From the NCBI GenBank assembly GCA_030650395.1, contig JAUSDY010000030.1, forward strand, positions 5,108-69,107: a stretch of DNA of 64,000 bases. The letters run 5' to 3'. The stretch comes from Acidobacteriota bacterium (GTDB taxonomy: Bacteria > Acidobacteriota > Vicinamibacteria > Vicinamibacterales > UBA2999). The position numbers were made by a program, and so were the translations under genes. Of this stretch, positions 8,632 through 16,844 are shown piece by piece (the first letter of the stretch is position 1; each line of letters starts with the position of its first letter). The notes below the pieces were generated by a model. It was not told where the DNA came from. It ran no database searches and worked only from the letters and a program-made list of their open reading frames with translations.

Positions 8632-10230
8632 CTACCGTGCGTCGGTGCTTGGGTTGCTGAACGGCTTGCCCTTCCAGAAACTGTTCAGTGTCGCCAGGCG
8701 TTCGGCGGCGATCTCCTTGTGCCCTGCCGCGGCGTGCGCTTTCACGGCGCCCATCAGCGAGCGCGCGCGGTTCGGCATCCGCAGCAGGCTCGCCTCGAAG
8801 GCGTCGGCGGCCTCGGCCGGTTTGCCGGCTTGCAGCAGCACTTCGCCAAGCAGCTCGTGCGACGGCTTGATCGGATCGGCCGCGCCGTTCGGTGGACGCA
8901 TGCTCTCTTCGATCTTCGCCGCGTCCTTCAGCAGCGCGATGGCCTGGTCTTTGTCGCCCTTCGCCAGGGCGATCGAGGCGGCCAGCTCCTTGTGCATGAT
9001 GCGGACGGACTTGCCCGTGTCGTTCGCGCCAGGCGCTGCCGGCGGAGGCGCACCGCCGTGATCGGCGTGCGCGCCGGCGTCAGGTGCGCCGCCCGGGGCC
9101 GCCTTGGCTTTGGCCGCGAGCAGGGCTTCCATTTTGGCCGCGGTGGCGGTGTCGCCGGTCTTCACCGCGCTGATGCCGTTGGCGAACACGGTATTGTCCG
9201 AGGCGTTGTCGGCGACCGGCTCGACCTTCCACTCTTCGGTCTCGATGATGTAGCGGGCCTTCTGGAGCGCCAGCGCACCCACCGCGCGCTGGTGCTTCGT
9301 CGTTTCGGCCATCTTCGCGAAGATCTCGATCCTGTTGCGCGCACCGGCGTAATCACCGAGCTGCAAGAACCCGTATTGGCCCCAGTCGCCCGAGTGCGAC
9401 ATATCGCTCGGCACGTCGCCGGGCTCCCAGAGATCCTGCGCGATCTGATAGGCGCGCACGTTCTGGTTGACTACTTCATTCCACATGCCGTGCTGGATGA
9501 AGATGTGCGTCGGCATATGGACCGCGTGCGACACGGCCGGCACGATGTCGGCGTAAACGCGTGCGGCCCTGAGAGCCAGCGGCGCGTGCACCGGATCGTC
9601 GAAGGCGTGGATAATGTAATGCGTCGCGCCGGGGTGCTTGGGATTGTGCTCGACGATTCCAATGGCGAGGGCGCCGGCCTTGTTGTTGTAGCGGTTGGTG
9701 GTGTCGTCGAGGGCGCCTCCGCCGCTCAGCAGCGACAGCGCGTAAAACGCCGTGACCTCGTCGTCTTTCGGGAATTGATTGTAGAGACGTTCCATCGCGC
9801 GCATGTAGGCGAGGCGGCGCTGACGCCAGTCGCCGCTCTCGGCCCACAGGTCTTCGACGGCGCCGAGGAAGCCCTTCTCGCGCGCCGTAGGCGCCTTGGC
9901 TAAGCGCGCCGCGCGGTCCGGCCCGAGCCGCGCCAGCACGGCGCGTGGGTTCTTGCTGTCCTGCTCGGCCTGGAGCGGATGGTTGTAGGCGAGGGTTTCC
10001 CCCCAATACGCCATGGCGAAATCCGGCTGTGCCTTTTGCGCGAGCTTGAATTCAGCGATCGCCTGTTTCCAGCCGAAGCTGTGGAGAATCGCCACGCCGC
10101 GCAGGAAGTGTTGCTGGGCGGCGGCCGATCCCGACGTCGGGAACGACAGTTGCCCGACGTCTTGCAGCTGGGCGGCGGCGGGCGCGACGAACGTGAAAGC
10201 GATGACGGCGCAGAACAGTAGACGACGCAT
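8632..10230 (-). CDS. secreted TPR-like alpha-helical protein with conserved His motifs
   Basis: Signal MRRLLFCAV..AAA-Q, GGAGG RBS, HPGATHYIIHAFD, HAVHMPTHIF, TPR-like helices. Confidence 0.8.
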   Translation of the reverse strand: MRRLLFCAVIAFTFVAPAAAQLQDVGQLSFPTSGSAAAQQHFLRGVAILHSFGWKQAIAEFKLAQKAQPDFAMAYWGETLAYNHPLQAEQDSKNPRAVLARLGPDRAARLAKAPTAREKGFLGAVEDLWAESGDWRQRRLAYMRAMERLYNQFPKDDEVTAFYALSLLSGGGALDDTTNRYNNKAGALAIGIVEHNPKHPGATHYIIHAFDDPVHAPLALRAARVYADIVPAVSHAVHMPTHIFIQHGMWNEVVNQNVRAYQIAQDLWEPGDVPSDMSHSGDWGQYGFLQLGDYAGARNRIEIFAKMAETTKHQRAVGALALQKARYIIETEEWKVEPVADNASDNTVFANGISAVKTGDTATAAKMEALLAAKAKAAPGGAPDAGAHADHGGAPPPAAPGANDTGKSVRIMHKELAASIALAKGDKDQAIALLKDAAKIEESMRPPNGAADPIKPSHELLGEVLLQAGKPAEAADAFEASLLRMPNRARSLMGAVKAHAAAGHKEIAAERLATLNSFWKGKPFSNPSTDAR

Positions 10231-10339
10231 GCGGGCCTCCGGGGAGATTCTACCCGAGTTCAAGAGATTCACAGGAGGATCAGAAGGTCAGGAGTTCAAT
10301 CGATCAACGAATCAACAGAGAGATCGGAAGATCAACAGC

Positions 10340-10813
10340 TCACAAGCTCACCAGATTGATGCCTCCGTCGCCGGTAGTCATGCGACGCAGATAATCGATC
10401 TGTCCCAGGTGATAGTTGAGGTGGCCGCTCAGGTGGATCACGAATTGGCGCGTCGTGATTGGCGCCCCTAAGACCTGCTCCGGATAGATCGCCTCGAGCT
10501 GTTGCTTAGACAACGCTTTGATCACGCGCGGGACCATGTCGCGGACCGCTTCGATCCGCGCGACGAGCTCCTGCTGCTCCACTCCCCGCTTGCTGAACTC
10601 GAGCGGCCGATCCCGCGCGAATTCGATCCCGCCAAGCTGGCGGCCGATGTACTCCCGCAGGTTCCCTTCCAGGTGGAGGGCAAGCGTGCCGGCGGCGTTG
10701 GTCACGCCCGGCGCAGTTTTCCAAAGGGACGCAGTGTCAGGAAAGGCCGTCAGCTCCTGGATCAGCCTCTTGAGATCACGCGCAAAGAGCGCGGCAAGCT
10801 CGCTTGAAAGCAT
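10340..10813 (-). CDS. DinB/YfiT (DUF1572-like) family protein
   Basis: N.AG.L.LHL.GNL, RDRPLEF, H..YH.GQI.YLRR. Confidence 0.88.
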   Translation of the reverse strand: MLSSELAALFARDLKRLIQELTAFPDTASLWKTAPGVTNAAGTLALHLEGNLREYIGRQLGGIEFARDRPLEFSKRGVEQQELVARIEAVRDMVPRVIKALSKQQLEAIYPEQVLGAPITTRQFVIHLSGHLNYHLGQIDYLRRMTTGDGGINLVSL

Positions 10814-10856
10814 CTGGCGAGTCTAGCCGGTTCAGACCATAATCCCTGACGGGGTC

Positions 10857-10937
10857 GTAGCGCGGAACTTTAGTTCCGCGATTCACGTTCCGGAGTTCCG
10901 CGATTCACGTTCCGGAGATCCGCGATTCACGTTCGGG
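10857..10937 (+). repeat. GTAG REP followed by three 22-bp tandem units in the ggt leader
   Basis: GTAGCGCGGAACTTTAGTTCCGCG; unit AG(T/A)TCCGCGATTCACGTTC(C/G)GG at 10872, 10894 and 10916. Confidence 0.85.
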
Positions 10938-10946
10938 AGAAATGAC

Positions 10947-12770
10947 ATGAGAACCCAACACAGGGCATGGAAACTGGCGGCGGTGGCCGTCGTCATTTAT
11001 GCGGCAACCGGACTGGCGCAGTCGCAGAACCCGTTTGGCATCCCGACTCCCGACAAACCGCAGCCCTCGGGCACGATCGAAGCCGTGCCGGGATCGCGCG
11101 CGCAAGGGTGGCTGTCGCAGGGCCGCTCTGAAGTCCTCGCGCGGCATGGCATGGTCGCCACCAGCGATCCGCTCGCCGCGCAGGCCGGTCTCGAGATCCT
11201 GCGCAAGGGCGGCAACGCCATCGATGCGGCCGTTGCGACCGGCGCGGTGCTCGATGTCACGTCGCAGAACGATACTGGCATCGGCGGCGATCTGTTCGCG
11301 CTGGTGTGGGTCGCCAAAGACAAGAAGCTCTACGCGCTGAACTCGGCAGGTTGGGCGCCGGCCGGCTGGACGCCGGAGTTCTTCACGAAACAACTGGCCG
11401 TGACCCGCGTGCCCGGCAACGGCGTCAACTCCGCCACCGTGCCCGGAGCGATCTCCGGCTACGACGCGCTGATGAAACGGTTCGGCACCATGACGTTCAA
11501 CGAGACGTTCGAGCGGGCCGCGCAACTGGCGGACGAAGGATGGGCGCTCGCCGAACGCCGGCACTCAGATCTTCGTGGCGCGGTTAAGGGACTGCTGGCG
11601 GATCCGGATTCGAAGCAGACGTTCCTCAAGGGAGACGACGCGCCCGCGCTCTACAGCATCATTCGCAACCCGGGCCTGTCGCGCGCGCTGCGCATCATCC
11701 AGAAGCAGGGCCGCGACGGCTTCTACCGCGGCGAGATCGCCGACGCCATCGTCGCCAAGGTTACGAAGAACGGCGGCGTCATGACGAAGAAGGACATCGA
11801 AGAGTTTCAGTCGGAGTGGGTCGAGCCGATCTCGACCAACTACCACGGCCACGACGTCTTCGAGCTGCCGCCTCCGGGCCAGGGGTTTGCGGCGCTGGAG
11901 ATGCTGAACATCCTCGAGGTGTGCGCGCCCACGCTCAACGTCAACCTGGCGACGCTCGGGCCGTCGAATCCGATGTACTGGCACGTCATGGTCGAAGCGA
12001 AGAAGCTCGCCTACTCGGATCTGCTGGCGCGAAACGCCGATCCGAAGTTCGCGAAGGTGCCGCTCGACGAGCTGCTGTCGAAGTCGTACGCGGCCAAACT
12101 CTGCAAGAAGATCGATCCGAATGTCGCCTCGGTCCCGTCGGTCGGCGGCGGCACCGACGGCGGCACTATTTACCTGACCACCGCCGATCGCTGGGGCAAC
12201 ATGGTGTCGCTCGTCCACAGCGTCTTCAGCGTGTATGGCAGCCGCGCCGTGGTGCCGCCGTTCGGCTTCGTGCTGCACAACCGCGGCAGCGCGTTCTCGC
12301 TCGATGCGAAGAGCCCGAACCTCGTCGCGCCGCACAAGCGGCCGTTCCACTCGATCATCGCCGGCTTTGTCATGAAGAACGGTCTGCCGATGATGACGTT
12401 CGGCAACATGGGCGGCAGCGTGCAGCCCGAAACGCACGCGCAGCACATGGTCAACCTGATCGATCACGGCATGAACGTGCAGATGACGACGGATGCGGCG
12501 CGGTTCACGCATAACCAGAATTCGAACCAGCTGTCGTTGGAGACGGCGCTGTTCAACCTGGTCGGCGCTGCTCTGAAGGGCAAGGGCCATAATGTGCGCG
12601 CGGCTAACGGCGGCGCTGTGGGCGGTTACCAGGGGATTCTCTTCACGCGCGACGCGACGCTGCCGGAGCCGACGTTCGACGAGCGCAGCATCAGGCTTGA
12701 CTTGCCGGTCAACGGCATTTACCGCGCCGGATCGGATCACCGCAAGGACGGGCAGGCTGTCGGGTGGTGA
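10947..12770 (+). CDS. ggt: gamma-glutamyltransferase family protein, secreted
   Basis: GGNAIDAAVA, GIGGDLF, Thr nucleophile in GTIY..D..GN.VS, KRPFHSI, D.RKDG.AVGW. Confidence 0.93.
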   Translation: MRTQHRAWKLAAVAVVIYAATGLAQSQNPFGIPTPDKPQPSGTIEAVPGSRAQGWLSQGRSEVLARHGMVATSDPLAAQAGLEILRKGGNAIDAAVATGAVLDVTSQNDTGIGGDLFALVWVAKDKKLYALNSAGWAPAGWTPEFFTKQLAVTRVPGNGVNSATVPGAISGYDALMKRFGTMTFNETFERAAQLADEGWALAERRHSDLRGAVKGLLADPDSKQTFLKGDDAPALYSIIRNPGLSRALRIIQKQGRDGFYRGEIADAIVAKVTKNGGVMTKKDIEEFQSEWVEPISTNYHGHDVFELPPPGQGFAALEMLNILEVCAPTLNVNLATLGPSNPMYWHVMVEAKKLAYSDLLARNADPKFAKVPLDELLSKSYAAKLCKKIDPNVASVPSVGGGTDGGTIYLTTADRWGNMVSLVHSVFSVYGSRAVVPPFGFVLHNRGSAFSLDAKSPNLVAPHKRPFHSIIAGFVMKNGLPMMTFGNMGGSVQPETHAQHMVNLIDHGMNVQMTTDAARFTHNQNSNQLSLETALFNLVGAALKGKGHNVRAANGGAVGGYQGILFTRDATLPEPTFDERSIRLDLPVNGIYRAGSDHRKDGQAVGW

Positions 12771-12797
12771 CCGTGATAAGCTAGCTTTCTCTCCGAG

Positions 12798-12873
12798 GCC
12801 GGCGTAGCTCAGTTGGTAGAGCAGCTGATTCGTAATCAGCAGGTCGTCCGTTCAACCCGGATCGCCGGCTCCA
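12798..12873 (+). tRNA. tRNA-Thr (anticodon CGT)
   Basis: 76-nt cloverleaf GCCGGCG...CGCCGGC-T-CCA; anticodon arm GCTGA-TTCGTAA-TCAGC; T-loop TTCAACC. Confidence 0.97.
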
Positions 12874-13041
12874 AATTCCCTCAGAACAATCCGCGATGCT
12901 TTTCCATCGGCTCCCTCATTACTCGCCGCGGGGAGCATCCGGGGAGCAACGGAAAGCCGTCCGCAACCTCATCTCGTACAAACCCCGACACCGCGATTCC
13001 GCCCCGTCGACGACCCGATACCGACCTCATCACCTGTCGGT

Positions 13042-13357
13042 TCAGATCCTCTGAATTGCCTCGTAGATCCCGTCGTACACTCGCTGAAAGAACTCATTCG
13101 CGAGCCCGGTCACGATCTGAACGACGTCCCTGAAGTTGCCCTTGTTGAGAGCGGTCCGGAGCTGCTGCCAGGTGATCCGCCGTCCAACGCCGTCCTTGAT
13201 CGCACTGCGGAGACGGGTTACGCCAACTCCACGAAAGTAGCTGCCAAGCACGCCGCCGGCCGCCTCAGACGCGCCGGCCAACACGCAGTTGTCGAGCGTA
13301 GCACGTGAGCTTCCGCGAACTGGGTTGGTTGTGAGGCGAAGTGCGCGACGTTCCGCT
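13042..13357 (-). pseudogene. orphan C-terminal gene fragment
   Basis: Open frame ending ..VVQIVTGLANEFFQRVYDGIYEAIQRI*, with no convincing start or RBS. Confidence 0.35.
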
Positions 13358-14419
13358 TCAGTGCGACAGCTTATTGAGCTGCCGTTCGAGATCCAGCACC
13401 GACATCATGATCTCGTCGAAGCCTGGCACCTCACCGAAGATCATGCCGGCCATGCTCTGATAGTCGCGCTCGAGGCGCTCGCGCATCTCGCGTGCCGGCG
13501 AAAGAGCGAATGAGCCTGGGGCAGCGGTCGCCAGATCCAGATCGGGTCGATCAAAGAACATCCTCGCATGGCGAGCGCATTCCGCTCCCAATGCAAGGTC
13601 GGCGAGCCCGGCTACGCCTGCGGCGCTCCCGCGCAGCAAGTGCACATCGTAGTAGTGCCTCGACACACGCTGGCCTTCCTGCCGCAACTCGCCTCTCCTC
13701 TCGAACCAGCGCCGAAGCCCGTGGAGGATGATCACCTTGTCCCACAACGTACGGGCTGGCTCAATTGTCGTCACGCCTGTGACGGACAGATCCCCAGACT
13801 GAAGGTCCGCAGCCACGTAGGGCGTGACCGTTGCGCTGACGTGAGGGTCGAGCGCCGACTTGGCGCCCGATTCAATGCGGACGGACGGTCGCACGTACGG
13901 ATCGGCATTGCGAACGATGCTGGGGTAGCGGACCAAGAGCGTCTGCCCGTCGTCGTCGGCAGGGTCAGGCTCCACGCTGCCTGAGTCCGCCGGCTGGCCA
14001 GCGCCGCGGAGGAAGTCAGCGAACACAGTGACCAGCTGTTGGTGGAGCTCGCCGTGAATGTAGCGCTGGCACGCCTCCTTGATGGCATCAAGACGCGCAC
14101 GCTGTTTCTTGCCGCTCAAGGCTTCGAGTTCGTCGAGCGAGACGGACTCTCCGAGGTCTGAGCGGAAGACGGTGATGTCGATGTCTTCGGAGAAGCGGCT
14201 GATGAGACCGAACGCCTTCGACAGTGACGTACCACCTTTAAAGAGCAGGCGCGGCCCGCCCGGTGGCAGCCCGTGAAAAAGCGCGTCGAGCGTCCAGCAG
14301 ACCCAAAAGTCTTTCTCGATGTTCTGCTCTGTCGTTCCAACCCGGCGCGCTGTCGTGGCGAACAGCGCACGTCTGTCCTCCTCCGACGCGGCGATGACCC
14401 GACCGTACTCCGTGTTCAT
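13358..14419 (-). CDS. abiEii: AbiEii-type nucleotidyltransferase toxin (type IV TA)
   Basis: IEKDFW, LLFKGGTSL..RFSEDIDI, RTLWDK, RHYYD. Confidence 0.92.
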   Translation of the reverse strand: MNTEYGRVIAASEEDRRALFATTARRVGTTEQNIEKDFWVCWTLDALFHGLPPGGPRLLFKGGTSLSKAFGLISRFSEDIDITVFRSDLGESVSLDELEALSGKKQRARLDAIKEACQRYIHGELHQQLVTVFADFLRGAGQPADSGSVEPDPADDDGQTLLVRYPSIVRNADPYVRPSVRIESGAKSALDPHVSATVTPYVAADLQSGDLSVTGVTTIEPARTLWDKVIILHGLRRWFERRGELRQEGQRVSRHYYDVHLLRGSAAGVAGLADLALGAECARHARMFFDRPDLDLATAAPGSFALSPAREMRERLERDYQSMAGMIFGEVPGFDEIMMSVLDLERQLNKLSH

Positions 14420-15141
14420 GCGGGTGACCGTGAGGGGGTGGATGGCTGCCGCCTCGTCGTCCCTCGAGAGATATTACTCCGCGTTCGCGGCACGCGCGGG
14501 GTCGTGTCGAGGACCTCTCTTGCGACCGACTGCATCCAGATCGGTAAGGTTGGCAGGCCGTCCTGCAAGTCAGCGCGCATCGCGTCGCCGTGGGCCGGAT
14601 CCTTCAAGATGCGTCGGAGCTGCGTGACGATCCGCGGACGATCGGTGCCCAGCATGTCCTGCAACCAATAGAGTGCTTGCACGATCCGCATGGCAGGCCG
14701 ACCGGCCCAGTGCAACCGACTCGGCGCTGCGGCGCGGAAGGTGATCTGCTGACGGCCGAGCGTGATTGGACGAAGACGCGCATCCGTCAAGACGGTGACC
14801 CGCGCGGGAACCGCCGTCGTCAAGCCCAGGTCGTTCGCGGCAGTGAGGCCATCGACGACGACGCGCGTCTGGTCACGGCGCGCGACCGCGTCGATGACGG
14901 CGGCCTGATCCGGTACCGTCGGTTTCCCTGTCAGCGCGTTGTGCCCTGGGAAGTAGTACAAGCCTCGATCGATTCGGATGATTGCCTTTTGAGCGGCCAG
15001 GCGTTGTAGAGCCTTGTCGACGGCCGCCCGTGGACCCAGATCGAGGAAGTCGACCGGCGTCCACACGCGCCCTGACTGCCCATGGAATCGGTCCAGAATG
15101 CGGCCTTTCAGGTTAAGGGCCAAGCCCCTCAGCGTCGACAT
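14416..15141 (-). CDS. abiEi: AbiEi-type antitoxin / wHTH regulator (DUF6088-like)
   Basis: DFLDLG.R.AVDKALQRL...I.RI.RGLY, AAN.LGLTT.VP; ATGA overlap with the toxin gene. Confidence 0.88.
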   Translation of the reverse strand: MSTLRGLALNLKGRILDRFHGQSGRVWTPVDFLDLGPRAAVDKALQRLAAQKAIIRIDRGLYYFPGHNALTGKPTVPDQAAVIDAVARRDQTRVVVDGLTAANDLGLTTAVPARVTVLTDARLRPITLGRQQITFRAAAPSRLHWAGRPAMRIVQALYWLQDMLGTDRPRIVTQLRRILKDPAHGDAMRADLQDGLPTLPIWMQSVAREVLDTTPRVPRTRSNISRGTTRRQPSTPSRSPA

Positions 15142-15213
15142 TTGTCCACAATACTACACGTATTTCGGACAAATATCAACTCTGTCCGAAATATGACACG
15201 TGCTTCGGACAGA
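15140..15213 (-). promoter_or_regulatory. abiE promoter with two palindromic operators
   Basis: TTGATA (15179-74), 17 bp, TAGTAT (15156-51); TGTCC-N19-GGACA boxes starting at 15143 and 15183. Confidence 0.8.
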
Positions 15214-15226
15214 TGTACGGGCGCCG

Positions 15227-16035
15227 CTACGCGGAAATACTGAACCTGAGCAGTTTGCCGCGACGCCCGTGCACTAGATCATCAACCCGCTTACCCCAAA
15301 AATCGAGCGCGGCTCGTTTCTCAAGGTCGTAGCTGTGCCGGTCGTAGACGGCCGTCACACCCGACTCGACATGGTTGAGAATCTTCGACACTACGAGGCG
15401 AGGCACACCAGCGCCGACCATGAGACTCGCCGCCGTGCGCCGTAAATCGTGTCCTCTGAAATCCACGCCTGAGGCCTCGACGATCCGCTCGATGGCCTTC
15501 TGGGCGTGCGCGATGTGCGGCCCGTCTTTGCGGCTGCTCGGGAACACCCACGGTGAATCACCAGCACTCGGCCGCCACGCTTTGAGAATGCGCACGGCCT
15601 GCGGCGACAACGGCACGCGGTGCGCCAAGCCGTTCTTGCTGCGCTCGGCTGGAATCGTCCACCAGGCGGTCGCAAGGTCGAACTCCGCCCATGCTGCACC
15701 GTGAACCTCTCCACCCCGCTGCGCGGTCAAGAGTCGAACACGGAACAGAGGACGTCGCACCGCTTGATGTCTTTGAGCCTGCGCGTCCCCCAGCGGGTGA
15801 CCAGCGGCACATGAGGTATCTTGCCCGTCTTCTTCTTGTGCGGCGAGCCGTTCAGTAGCCGGACGTCCTCACGTCCGCTGCGCTTCTTGCTGGCGTGGTG
15901 CTCGATATACTCGCGAGCGAGATCCGAGAACGTCTCTGCGCGACGTTCCTCGATCTTCTGCCTGCCGGGATCCTGGCCTTTGGCGGCCTCGCGGAGCGCA
16001 TCCGTCGCCTTCTCACGAGCCGCGGCCAGAGCGGG
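15227..16035 (-). pseudogene. tyrosine integrase remnant (5' truncated, internal deletion/frameshift near 15750)
   Basis: Catalytic half with TAQR, SKNG, HDLRR, LNH, VYD; upstream in another frame LAAAREKA..GQDP..ETFSDLAREYIE. Confidence 0.85.
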
Positions 16036-16102
16036 GTCCGCCCACTGGGCCGTCGGCGCGACGATCGCCTTGAGTGCGAGCAGCTTGGGATTAGCGACAT
16101 GG

Positions 16103-16816
16103 TCACGGGGCCAACGGGGCGAGGGGAACGACCATGACGAACGACAACGACCATGGGCTCGCCTTGTTCAGGAACCGTTCGCCTCCAATGACGTCGCCCG
16201 TTTTGGGCAGTCCTGTGGCGACGTAGTCCAGTGAGACCTCCGCCTCAACGTTCCGCAACCAGTGACCTTGCGGCAACCGATTAAACACATGAAAGGCCGT
16301 ATCCCACTCGAAGTTGAGCTTATGCGTGTACACGCTCCCGGCCCGCGGCGTCTTGCCGGGGCTGAACTTGTCGACGACGTCGAAGTGGGACGAGACCCAG
16401 CCGCCGGTTTGCTCGGTACCGAACAGATCGAAGTTGAGCTCCGCTTCGATCTCGATGCCATTGTCGCGGATCTCGTCGCGCCCCGCCTCGGCGGCCGTTG
16501 CACCCGTGAAGGGATGAACGGAGGTCCCGCCAAACGGGATGAAAATGGCCTCGAGCGTGAGCCCGACGCGCGGGATGGTGGTGGGCACGTTAAGCGCAAA
16601 GATCAGCTCGAACACCGATTCGCGCGCGGCCCGCTCCTCCTGCCCGTCGATCTCAACCTTCGGCCGAGCACCGAGATTCTCGATCGTCCACGTCGGCTCG
16701 ATCTTCAGCTCGGGCGCACACAGAAATGCGCAGCGCGGCTCATCCTGCGCGCTGGCAGGCGCCGGCAGGAGCAGCAGACCCGCAATCCAGCCCGCACAGT
16801 TCATTGCTCGTCTCAC
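16103..16816 (-). CDS. secreted hypothetical protein, possibly a small outer-membrane beta-barrel
   Basis: Signal ..PASA-Q; several alternating amphipathic strands; directly downstream of the cytochrome gene. Confidence 0.65.
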   Translation of the reverse strand: MRRAMNCAGWIAGLLLLPAPASAQDEPRCAFLCAPELKIEPTWTIENLGARPKVEIDGQEERAARESVFELIFALNVPTTIPRVGLTLEAIFIPFGGTSVHPFTGATAAEAGRDEIRDNGIEIEAELNFDLFGTEQTGGWVSSHFDVVDKFSPGKTPRAGSVYTHKLNFEWDTAFHVFNRLPQGHWLRNVEAEVSLDYVATGLPKTGDVIGGERFLNKASPWSLSFVMVVPLAPLAP

Positions 16817-16844
16817 TACTCGTCGGCTCCTCGGGTGCAGGCGA

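Noticed and set aside
10256-10339. Purine-rich degenerate repeat (AGGATCAGAAGGTCAGGAG)
   Set aside because: It may be half of another tandem-array element, but it is too degenerate and lacks a facing arm.
10872-10937. Possible CRISPR array
   Set aside because: The units are directly adjacent with no spacers, and there are no cas genes. The same applies to the arrays at 37958 and 55592.
12813-13133. 106-aa ORF
   Set aside because: It overlaps the tRNA-Thr gene and is a spurious translation.
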